A DNA stretch of 32,000 nt from Candidatus Saccharimonadota bacterium (GTDB taxonomy: Bacteria; Bacillota_I; Bacilli_A; Mycoplasmatales; Hepatoplasmataceae): positions 240,001 through 272,000 of the forward strand of contig AP027131.1 of NCBI GenBank assembly GCA_027925225.1. The letters are read 5' to 3'. Within the stretch, counting starts at the first letter, position 1. Each line of letters opens with the position of its first letter. This document shows, in pieces, positions 1 through 9,698 of this stretch. A model generated the notes under the pieces. It had not been told where the DNA came from. It was given only the letters and a program-made list of their open reading frames with translations, and ran no database searches. The translations under genes were made by a program, and so were the position numbers.

Positions 1-1
1 T

Positions 2-706
2 TTTATTCCAGATAATAGTAGAGGAGCATGAGTAGATACTTATATTACAGTTGGAAATTACATTGCTTTAATAGTATTTTTTGTTTTTGTTCCATATAAA
101 TTAATAAGAGATTTTTTTGAAAAAAGAATTTCAGATTCTCATGACTATGATCATTATCATACTTTGCATTCAAACGACGAACATACTGAAGTACATAAAA
201 AACACAGAAATTCAAAGAAAGAAGAGTTTTATCATGAATTTAATCACACTTTTATTACATTAGTATTTATTATTTTTTGAGTTTATCTTTCAATGATATT
301 AATTGGTTTAATAGTTTATGCAGTAAACGCTTCAAGTAATTCAGATTTCTCAAATGCTTCTGATTTTGCAATAAAGCAAAAAGATATTTATAGATTTTTA
401 ATTATTTTAATAGCACTTTCAATAAGTTTAATTCCTGTTTGTGGACCTCAAATATTTTTAGTTACTCTTTTTGGACAAGGATATATTGCTTTTTCTGCTC
501 TTTCTGCAAATAGCATTTCTCAAAATGGTCATGCTGGACTTGCGATGCTTTCTGTTGATAAAAAATCATATCTTTGAATGAAAGGAATCATATTGATTCC
601 CGCCATTATTATAGGAATGATATTTTTTACTATAGAGATAACTATGGGTACTACAGGTACTAGTTTTTCAAATTGAATAAATAGTTATAATAGATCAATT
701 TCATAA
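2..706 (+). CDS. Polytopic membrane protein, 3' part (5' end outside the window); His-rich loop; possibly an ArsP_2/DUF2899-like metal transporter
   Basis: Frame 2 is open from the window edge to TAA at 704-706 when in-frame TGA (e.g. 29-31, 278-280, 575-577, 674-676) are read as Trp. It has several hydrophobic helices (FLIILIALSISLIPVCGPQIFLVTLFGQGYIAFSAL, GIILIPAIIIGMIFFTIEI) and the loop HDYDHYHTLHSNDEHTEVHKKH. The family call is from memory of the IPxC...LF motif region only. Confidence 0.55.
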
Positions 707-720
707 ATTTTATATATTCA

Positions 721-754
721 AAACAAAAATATTTATAAATAAATATTTTTGTTT
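721..754 (+). terminator. Perfect 14-bp inverted repeat hairpin downstream of the membrane-protein gene
   Basis: aaacaaaaatattt (721-734), loop ataaat, aaatatttttgttt (741-754). The right arm is U-rich. It lies 15 nt after the TAA. Confidence 0.5.
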
Positions 755-817
755 ATAATGAAACTATAAATTAAATGAAGTTATAAAATAAAACCATTTT
801 TTTAAAAGGAGATTAAA

Positions 818-1993
818 ATGTTTGGAAAATTTAATGTTGTACCTTATTCTAGAAATCCAATTCAAATTAAACAAGATTTAGAAAATAAATGGTTAGATTT
901 AAATCCAAAATATCAGAGAGGATATGTTTGATCGAAAAGATTTCAAAGAGAATTAATTATTAGTATTTTTTCTGGATATCCTATTGGAACGGTAGTAGTA
1001 AGAGGACAAAGCAAAACAAGAAATCTTGAATTAGTTGATGGTCAACAAAGAATAAAAACAATTATAAGATTTATGGATGATGAATTAACATTAAATTCAA
1101 CCCATTCTGTAAAGGCCAAAGAAATTTTGAATTTAAGAGGAGAAAATTATGATAAATATCAAAAAAATATTTATAAATTTTCTAATTTAACTTTAAGAGA
1201 TCAATCTGATTTTAAAAATTCTTTTTTAATTTCTGGTTTTCAGATTCAATATGATAATGATGAAGAAGTAAAAAATTATTTTGATAAAATACAAACTCAA
1301 GAAAAACTGTTAGCAGGAGAATTAATAAATAATTTACCAAATAATATTTTTGATGAAATATTTGAGGAAAATGAAAATAATATTGATAATTTTTGTAAAT
1401 TTATTGGATTTAATAATAATAGAAAAAATTTTCAAAAAGCTTTATTTAATTCAATTGGATTTAATCTTGAATATATTGAATTAGGAATTATTGACGACAA
1501 ATTAATTAAATTTGTTAATGATTTATCTTCTAAAGAAATGAGAAAAAATTTAAAATATGATGAAGTACTTTTTAAAGAAAAAATAAAGGAATCATTATTT
1601 CAAATATTAAAACTTAATAAAAATATAGATATTAATAAAAAAGCAAAACAAAGATTTTTAAAATTATTGTTTTTATTAATTAATTATTTAAATATGAATG
1701 ATTCTATTAATTTTGAAAGACTTGCACTTATTAACAGAAATTTATCAGAATATAATACAAAATATGCAAGAAAAAATGAAAATAAATTTATTGAAAATTT
1801 AATTACAGATGGAATAATTAGTAATCAGAATGATTTTCATTTATTTGAAGATTTATATGATTTATTTTATAAAACACAAAAAAATGATAATGAAGTCAAA
1901 GCTTTATTAAAATACTGATCAAATGAAATAAAACAAAATTCATATTTAGAATCATTAAATGATTTTAATGCAATACAAAAGGATTTGAATTAA
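818..1993 (+). CDS. DUF262 (ParB/GmrSD N-terminal-like) domain protein, 391 aa, with no recognisable DUF1524/HNH C-terminal domain
   Basis: ATG at 818 sits 6 nt after aggag (807-811). The N-terminus reads NPKYQRGYVWSKRFQRELIISIFSGYPIGTVVV...LELVDGQQRIKTIIRF, the DUF262 QR..VW / DGQQR signature. The gene joins ORF 1073-1918 through TGA at 938-940 and 1916-1918 and ends at TAA 1991-1993. Confidence 0.7.
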
Positions 1994-2023
1994 ATCTAAA
2001 AATTTATTAGTTTATTATTTTAT

Positions 2024-2058
2024 TAAAAAAAGAACAATAAATATTGTTTTTTTTAATT
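2024..2058. terminator. Bidirectional hairpin between convergent genes (DUF262 gene and ybeY)
   Basis: aaaaaaagaacaa / ttgtttttttt arms around the loop taaata, flanked by an A-run and a T-run. It lies between stop 1993 (+) and stop 2068 (-). Confidence 0.45.
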
Positions 2059-2067
2059 TTTTTAAAA

Positions 2068-2550
2068 TTAGTTTCTTATTTTAGTGTTTTTAAAAATTTC
2101 TTTTTGTTTTAAAATCATTTTTTTTTCATCTTCTTTATTTTGATGATCATATCCTAATAAATGTAATAGTCCATGCATAAACAAAAATTTTAATTCAGTA
2201 TATTCATCTGAATTAATTTCTTTTGCTTGTTTTTTTAAAATTTCTCCATTTATAAAAATATCCCCTAAATCTAAATATTTATTGTCTCTCATATAATTTG
2301 GAAAAGAAATTACATCTGTTGTTTTATTAACATTTCGATATTTTAAATTAATTTTATGAATTTCATTGCTATTTTTTATATTTAATGAAACCTCACATTT
2401 TTTATTTAAATCTTTTGTTGCTTCTAAAAAAATTTTGTACAAATCTTTTTTAGATTTTTTTAGTATTTCTTTTGCTTCTTCTACTGTAGAAGAAATGTTT
2501 ATTTTATTCCGCATTGTTAAATACATTTTGAACATCTTCGTTATCTTCAA
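2068..2550 (-). CDS. ybeY: Endoribonuclease YbeY (rRNA maturation factor)
   Basis: Carries the zinc-binding motif HGLLHLLGYDH and the TDVISFP motif. 2550 is the longest ORF. The likely true start is the Met of MRNKINISS at 2514, which would overlap the upstream stop by 11 nt instead of 47 nt. Confidence 0.88.
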   Translation of the reverse strand: MKITKMFKMYLTMRNKINISSTVEEAKEILKKSKKDLYKIFLEATKDLNKKCEVSLNIKNSNEIHKINLKYRNVNKTTDVISFPNYMRDNKYLDLGDIFINGEILKKQAKEINSDEYTELKFLFMHGLLHLLGYDHQNKEDEKKMILKQKEIFKNTKIRN

Positions 2551-3217
2551 GCAAATTTAGAATTCTATCTAATTTTTTATGTTTTTCTGGTGTAAGTTTT
2601 GTTTTTTGTATTGGTATTTTTGTAACCTCTGTTGTAATAAAGTTATTTATATTATTATCTTCTAAAATTTTTTTTGCTTTTAATAAATTAGAAGGACTTA
2701 ATTGTAATATGATTACATCATCTTCATTTTCAATATTTTCAAGTCCAGAATCTATAAGTAGTTCCATTATTTTGTCTTCGCTGTAATTAGTATTTTCTAG
2801 TGCTATGATTCCTTTTGTTTCGAAAAGATAAGCTACTGATCCCTTTGTTCCTAAATTACCATTATTTTTAGTAAATATAGCTTTTACATTTGCTGTTGTT
2901 CTATTTAAATTATCACTTAGACATTCAACAAGAATAGCAATACCGCTTGGGTCATAACCTTCATAAGTTATCTCCTCAAAAATCTTTCCTTCTTTTGATT
3001 GTCTTTCAATAAGTTTTTTGATATTATCATTAGGTACATTTTGACTTTTTGCTTTTTCAATAGCAAGTCTAAGTCTAGGATTATTATCAGGATCTTTATC
3101 TCCAGATTTAAGAGCAACAATTATTTCTTTTGATAATTTTTGAAATAACATACCCCTTTTTTGATCTTGAGATCCTTTTCTATGTTTAATATTTGCTCAT
3201 TTAGAATGTCCAGACAT
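2504..3217 (-). CDS. yebC: YebC/PmpR (TACO1) family DNA-binding transcriptional regulator, 237 aa
   Basis: The N-terminus [32 protein letters not shown] is recovered by reading TGA as Trp upstream of track ORF 2504-3151. The start ATG is at 3215-3217. Confidence 0.9.
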
Positions 3218-3265
3218 AATCTCTTTTCTCTTTCTCTGCTTTTAAATAATACTTTATTATTATAT

Positions 3266-3271
3266 TATAAT
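3266..3271 (+). promoter_or_regulatory. Candidate -10 box (tataat) only 6 nt upstream of the ATG at 3278; possible leaderless transcript
   Basis: tataat at 3266-3271 in the 60-bp divergent region between the yebC start (3217) and the ORF start (3278). Such hexamers are frequent by chance in this AT-rich DNA. Confidence 0.25.
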
Positions 3272-3277
3272 TATCTT

Positions 3278-3709
3278 ATGGTAATGTGATTTTTAGAAAG
3301 ACATAATGAAGAAACTCTTTATTGATTAACTCATAATAATAAAAAAACAAAAATTGTTTTAAAGAGAAACATTAAGTTTACTAATCATCTTGATAATTTA
3401 ATATATAGAAAATATTTTGATAGTAATCAAGGGTATTTTAAATATAAAGCAAAAGGATTTAATTCTCTATTTATAAGTTTTAATGTTGATTTAATATTTG
3501 TAAATTGAGATAACATAATTATTAATTTATATGAAAATTTTTCTACAAATAAATTTTCTAATTTTCATAGTGATGCAAAATTTTATTATGTACTTCCAGT
3601 AGACACTATTAAAAAAAATAAATTAAATATAGGAGATGCATTAAATCATCAAAGGCTTTCTAAAAAAGAGAGTAAAAAACACAATAAAATAGATCAATCT
3701 TTTTATTAA
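3278..3709 (+). CDS. Hypothetical protein, 143 aa, no recognised family
   Basis: Open frame from ATG 3278 to TAA 3707-3709 with three in-frame TGA (3287, 3323, 3506). It is absent from the ORF track only because of those TGA. Product starts MVMWFLERHNEETLYWLTHNNKK... Confidence 0.5.
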
Positions 3710-3782
3710 TTTTTTTAAAAGAAGTATTAAAATTGTAGTGCTAATAATTTAAATACGCAAATAAAAGGTTGTATATTTTGAT

Positions 3783-4697
3783 ATGAATGATTTTCGTGAA
3801 GAAAAATTAGTAATGAAATTTAAAGATTTTTCTAATTTAGTCGATATTAGCACTTTAGGTGTAGAAATCCACTTTTTAGAAATTTTCAAAGATGAATTAA
3901 TAAATATTTTTAATTTAGATTCAGATGATATAAAAATAAATATTCCAGAAAAAAAAGAAGGTTCTGTAATTCTTGTTTTTTCAATTATTGTTACTGTAAC
4001 CCCTATTGCAATTAAGGTTTATTTTTTATTAAAAAAATATTTTGCATTTAAAAATTTTTTAAAAGAAAGTTTTAAAAATAATGAAAAAGTAATTCTTATT
4101 AAAACAGAAAATTCTAAAGGGTATATGGAATATGTTATTGGTAATGAAAAAAAAGATAATACTTTCACTGTTCCAAGATTTATGTATAAATGATTGTATG
4201 AAAAGAAATTTTTAAATAATGATAGAAAACTTTGAAAAGAATTATCGATTAAAAAAACTGATTTTAGTATTTCTGATGGAATTGAAGAATATTCTTTTAA
4301 TAATAATGATATAAGATATATTAGTAAGAATTTTTTAAAAATTAATAAAAATGTATCAATAATTAAAGAAATTACTATATTAGAAGAGAAAAAATTAATA
4401 ATAAGTATTATTTCTATTAATTATGAAGATAAAAAAATAAAATTTTATTATCCTCCCCTTAAGAAGAAAATAATTGCAAAAATAATTGACCCAAATTTTA
4501 ACCCAAATAATCAATACTTTTCTTCTGGAAAATATATGAAAATTGTTTTAAAAATAATTCGTAATAAATTAACTAATTTTGATGAATATGAAGATGAATA
4601 TGAAGTTACACAAATAATTGATTCAAATTTTAAATATTATGGAACAAATATATTAGAAATGACAGAACAAGCTGAAGAATTAGAAAAAAAATATTAG
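3783..4697 (+). CDS. Hypothetical single-pass membrane protein, 304 aa, no recognised family
   Basis: Track ORF 3783-4193 continues in frame through TGA (4191, 4233) to TAG 4695-4697. One central hydrophobic helix (SVILVFSIIVTVTPIAIKVYFLL) and an acidic C-terminus. Confidence 0.6.
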
Positions 4698-4729
4698 AAT
4701 CATATAAATAAATTGATTTAAAAAATAAT

Positions 4730-4981
4730 TTAACTAGCAATTATTTTCTTTATTTGATTATTATCATTTATTAATATTTTTAAATCTATTTGAATTTGAT
4801 TTAAAAGTTTTTCTATACTTTCAATTTTGTAATTTAGTCTATCAATTTCTTTTCTAAAACCACTTGTTTCATATTCAAATTTATCAGATTTTTTTTCAAG
4901 AAAATTAACTCTACTTTTTAAATTATGAAATTCATTTTTATAATAATTATTTCAAGTTATTTTAAAATTAAAAATTCTCAT
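4730..4981 (-). CDS. Small coiled-coil protein, 83 aa (paralog of 11293-11586)
   Basis: ATG at 4979-4981, one in-frame TGA, TAA at 4730-4732. Product: MRIFNFKITWNNYYKNEFHNLKSRVNFLEKK...EIDRLNYKIESIEKLLNQIQIDLKILINDNNQIKK, with heptad-like spacing. Confidence 0.5.
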
Positions 4982-5032
4982 AATAAATACCTCAGTATTT
5001 AATTTATTTATTTTTAATATTTTTTCTTATTT

Positions 5033-6241
5033 TTAAATTTTTTTAACTTCAATATTTCCAGTTTTTTCAAATTCTTTATTTATTATTCCTATATGAGTTG
5101 CTCCATTTTTTTTTGCTTGCGCTATTCTTTTTGTTAAATTTTTATCTGAATTATATTTTATTAGAACATTATATTTTTCTCTTAAAATTCTAGCTGCCCT
5201 ATTTAAATATTTTTCTTCCTTTGGTGTTTTTGCTAAAAGATATAAGATTTCTTCTTTTTCGAGATTTTCTTCATTCATTAAAGGAGAAGCAGAAATTAAT
5301 CTTTCAATTCCTAATGCAAATCCAATTGCTGGAACATTTTTTTTATGGTTTAAAATTTCTACTAAATCATCATATCTTCCTCCGCCTATTATTGTATTTT
5401 GAGCACCAATATTTTTATTGTCAGAAGAAACAAATTCAAAAACTAAATTATTATAATAATCAAGACCACGAACAAGTTTTGGATTTAAATTAAAATTAAT
5501 ATCATTTTCTTTTAATTCTTTTAAAATATTAAAAAAGTTTTCCTTTTCATCACTTTCTAAATAATCTGTAATTTTTGGAGCATTTTTTAATATCTCTTTA
5601 TCATTTTTGTCTTTTGAATCTAGTATTCTTAAAATATTTTTTTCAAATCTCTTTTTTGAATCAATTGAAAGATTTGAAAAATCTTTTTTTAGATATTCTT
5701 TTAAAGCAATTTTATATTTATCTCTACTTTTTTTACTTCCTAAATAATTAATTTCTAAATTAAAATCTTTTATTAAAAATTCTTTTAAAATCATAATTGC
5801 CATTGAAATTATTTCAACATCTTTGTGGTATTTTTTTTCATTAAATGATTCTATTCCAAATTGATAAAATTCTCTTTGTCTTCCTTTTTGAGGATTTTCA
5901 TAACGAAACATTTTATTTATATAAAAATAATTTTTCTTTGCTTCAAGTTCTACTAATTTATTTTCTAAAATCATTCTTACCACAGAAGAAGTTCCTTCTG
6001 GTCTTAAAACTAAATTTCTTTCACTTTTATCTTTAAAAGAAAACATTTCCTTTGAAACTATATCAGTTTCTTTTCCTACTGCTCTAGAGAATAATTCTGC
6101 ATGTTCCAAAATTGAAAAATCAACTCATTTATATCCAAAACTTTTTGCTATCCTATTTAGTTTTAAAAAAGCAAATGATAGTATTTCTGCTTCTTTTTCA
6201 AAGTAATCTCTTGTTCCTTTTACTTTATTTATTGTAGACAT
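5033..6241 (-). CDS. hisS: Histidine--tRNA ligase, 402 aa
   Basis: Track ORF 5033-6109 extends through TGA to ATG 6239-6241 (MSTINKVKGTRDYFEKEAE...). Motifs LRPEGT, FRYENPQKGRQREFYQ and GGGRYD are present. Confidence 0.95.
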
Positions 6242-6242
6242 A

Positions 6243-9146
6243 TTATTTGTTAATTCCTTTTATATATTCTTCAGAAACATTTTTATGTTCTTTTACATAC
6301 TCTTCATCTTTTAATTTTAAATATTCAATATTTTTACTTCTTTTTTTAATTAAGCTTGATGTTAATTTTGGATAGATATATATATTAGTAATTGTATAAA
6401 TAATTGAAAAAATTATAAAATACACAAAAGATACAGCAATTGAAATTCCAAAAAAGAATGCAGCAAATAAATTAAGAAGAATAATTATTGACAATAAAGC
6501 ATTGGGTATTATTGTTTTAGAAAAAATTATTGTAGTTTTTTCATTTTCATCTTTTTTAAGCATTTTTAATTTTGCAAAAACAGAAATCGATATTGATGTA
6601 ATTATTGCAATAAAAAGCGCCATTGAAATTGGAATATAAAAGATAAACAATATTAATGTTGTAAGTAAAACTTCTAATATAAGTGTTAGCATAATTGAAA
6701 ATGTTATTGCTCACCTTTTAGATATTAAAAGCATTATAAAAATTAATATTAAAAATAGTAAAATGCCCATTGAAATTCTTAAAATATTATCATTAAAATT
6801 GTAATTTTGAACTATAGATATATCATTATAAGTTTCATTATAATTTTCACTATAAGCTAAGAAATTATAAGTTCCAGTAATTGATCCTGTAGGAATTAAA
6901 ACAAAATGAAATGAATAATCTGTTATTGGTTGAGAATCAATATCATCTGTTACTTTGTAAGAAACAGAACTTTGATCTACTATTTCTTTTAAATCATTGT
7001 TTATGGAAATATAAGTTTCAGAATCCATTTTATCTTTTGAATAAACTGAAAGCCCATAGCTAAATTCATAGTAAAATTCATAATTTGTAGGTGTTGGAAA
7101 ATCAGGACTAGAATTATCTAAAATTTGATAATTTTCTTTTTTTATAATTTGTGTAGATTCTACATCTATTCCATTATCATTAAATACATTAATTATTTTA
7201 TCTTCATTTCTTTCTACTTCATTTATTAATTCTTTTTGATCATATCTATCATTTTTATTATCACCATATGCATCATCCATTGTAAGCGGTATAGTACGAA
7301 TAACATTATATTGATAATATTTATCATTTAAAAATACTTTATTTATTCCATTATCTGATGTTTTTTCTAAAATTAAAGCCGAAAAACCAAGAATTGCTAT
7401 TACAAAAAAAGATATAAGAAGAATTTTATTTGATTTTTTTGTTTTATTATCAAACTTTTTAAGAATATTATTATCTGTAAATTCATTAAATATTTTACTA
7501 TCTTTTCCAATTAATAATTTTCAATTTTCACTATCATTTGTATATCTAAATGAATATTTTGATAAATAATCAATAAAAGTTAAAAGAGGAATTCAAAGAA
7601 TATATGCAAAAGCATAAAATATTACTATCATTACAATTGTAAATAAAACATAATATTGAATTTGTGTTGTAAAAAGAAAAGATGCAATTGCAATTGTAAA
7701 TAAAAGAACAAATATATATATTATTGTATTCCCTGAAAAATCTTTTGTATTTTTCTTAAACTTATTTAAAGTGCTTGTATTTTTGCTTGTATTTTTTTTA
7801 TAAATTTTTAATATATTATATTGTAAAATTGCAACAATAAAATATGCAATAGTTAAACCTGAAAATAAAATTCATCCTACTGGTATTACAAATAAACTTA
7901 TAAGAGTAACAATAATAATTCCTGGTATTATTGAAGACAATACTACAATAGCTCCCAAAAGCCCAAATCATCAAACAAAAGAGAAAGAAACAATAAGTAT
8001 TATTAAAAATAATAATGAAAAGAAAATAATTAAAACAAGATAATTATTTATATCATTACTATTTAATATAAAATGTTGATCGATAACAGATATATCAAAA
8101 TTATGAATTGAGAAATTTATTTTATTTGCTATTGCATTAGCTTCATTTAATGAGAAATTACCATATATTGCATAGCTATCATCATAATTACTGTGTGTTT
8201 GTTCTATTCTTCCTGATGTTATATAAAATGGTTTGGAAGTTTTTCTTGGTTCGTTTTTTATTTGCCCCGTTACTTCATCGTAATAAACATATTGAAGTAG
8301 TGGATCGGCTTTTACTTGCTCTTCATCAGAATTTGCATTTGCAGAACTATAAGCACCACTATCAAATGTTGAAGCGAGAAAATCATAAAGATCATAATTA
8401 AATCAAAGGGTATAAAAATTACCATATGGATTAGTGCTTTCATCATAGAGGGCAGCCATTTGATTTACACCATCATTAAAAATTGCAATATATTTTTCTT
8501 TAGGGTGTATTTCAATATAAGGGTCTCCATTAATAAATTCTACATTTGCAGAATCTATTAAGGAAATATCATATGTATCATAAGCTTCATTGATATCACC
8601 AAGATTATATGTAGTTGATGAAGTATCTGTGCTTGTAGCGGGGGGGATAAAAATTACTTCTTTATTTTCATCATCATAATCAAATAAAAGATCACCTGTA
8701 TAAGAACGAAACTCTACATTTGCTGTATTAAGTAATGTTCCTTCTATTGTTATTAATTCCTTTAAAAATTCATCTTGAGTTTCAAGAGAAAATTTATCAT
8801 CCTTATTATTTTTTATTGTAGAAATAGGAAATTCAATTATTAAATCATTATTATCTAAAACTCCTACTTTACTGCTATTTAAACCTAAATTATTAAGTTG
8901 TGTATCATAATAATTTGCAACATAATTAATATCATAATCATTACTTAAATTTTCAACATGTACTTGTATTTGATATCTATTTTCTAATTCTTCGTCTTGT
9001 TTTATTGTTCCATTATCAATTATTTTAAACATCCCAAAAACTGTAGAAACAAATATTAAAATTACAAAAATAGGAAAAACAAAAAATTTTAAAATAAAAT
9101 CAAAATTTATTTTCTTTTTATCTTTTGTCTCACTGTTTTTAAACAT
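6243..9146 (-). CDS. Large polytopic membrane protein, 967 aa, with 1+5 / 1+5 TM topology and two large extracytoplasmic loops (RND/SecDF-like architecture; family unconfirmed)
   Basis: Track ORFs 8403-9146, 6711-7280 and 6243-6692 are in one frame. I walked every codon across 7281-8402 and found only TGA, no TAA or TAG. Its stop at 6243-6245 lies 1 nt from the hisS start codon. Hydrophobic clusters fall at about 9050-9080, 7600-8050, 7380-7425 and 6300-6790. Confidence 0.75.
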
Positions 9147-9220
9147 TTATAGATATTATAAAAAAATATCTTTTTAATTTATTTTAAAATTATTAAAATT
9201 ACTTTTAATTTCTTTTAAAA

Positions 9221-9249
9221 TTAATACCTTTTTACAATAAAGTTATAAT
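9221..9249 (+). promoter_or_regulatory. Candidate sigma-70-type promoter for the ybjQ-like operon
   Basis: ttaata (9221-9226), 17-nt spacer, tataat (9244-9249), 35 nt upstream of ATG 9284. A gagg RBS precedes the ATG. Confidence 0.3.
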
Positions 9250-9283
9250 TACTTTGTTGTTAAATAAAATAAGAGGTTAAAAA

Positions 9284-9673
9284 ATGATAAATAATAATGA
9301 AGAAAATCAAGCTTTAACAAATAATTTATTAGATGAAAATTTTGGAAATATAAATCTTAATAAAAAATTAATGCTTTCAACTGGAGATATAAAAAAAGAT
9401 TATGATATTTTAGGATTAGTTTTTGGCAATTCTGTTTCTTCAAAAAATGTTTTTAAAGATATGGGAGCACAACTTAAATCCATAGTAGGTGGTAAAATTG
9501 GTTCATATGAAAAATTACTTTTTGAATCAAGAGAGAAAGCAAAAAATCAAATGATAAAAAATGCAATTCTTCTTAAAGCAGATGGAATTATTTTTATAAA
9601 ACAATCAACTTCAGCAATAATGCAGCAAGCTTCAGAAGTAAGTTTTATGGGAACGGCAATAAAATTTAAATAA
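9284..9673 (+). CDS. YbjQ/UPF0145 family (putative heavy-metal-binding) protein, 129 aa
   Basis: Core reads YDILGLVFGNSVSSKNVFKDMGAQLKSIVGGKIGSYEKLLFESREKAKNQMIKNAILLKADGIIFIK...VSFMGTAIKF, typical of the YbjQ_1 domain. Confidence 0.75.
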   Translation: MINNNEENQALTNNLLDENFGNINLNKKLMLSTGDIKKDYDILGLVFGNSVSSKNVFKDMGAQLKSIVGGKIGSYEKLLFESREKAKNQMIKNAILLKADGIIFIKQSTSAIMQQASEVSFMGTAIKFK

Positions 9674-9698
9674 TTTTATTAAAACAAAAGGAATAATT

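Noticed and set aside
4985-5000. Hairpin aaatac-ctca-gtattt as the hisS terminator
   Set aside because: The stem is only 6 bp and all-weak, and no U-tract follows on the minus strand. This could easily arise by chance.
6243-9146. Firm annotation of the 967-aa protein as SecDF
   Set aside because: Only the topology matches. I could not find the conserved SecD/SecF TM motifs by eye, so the call is kept generic.
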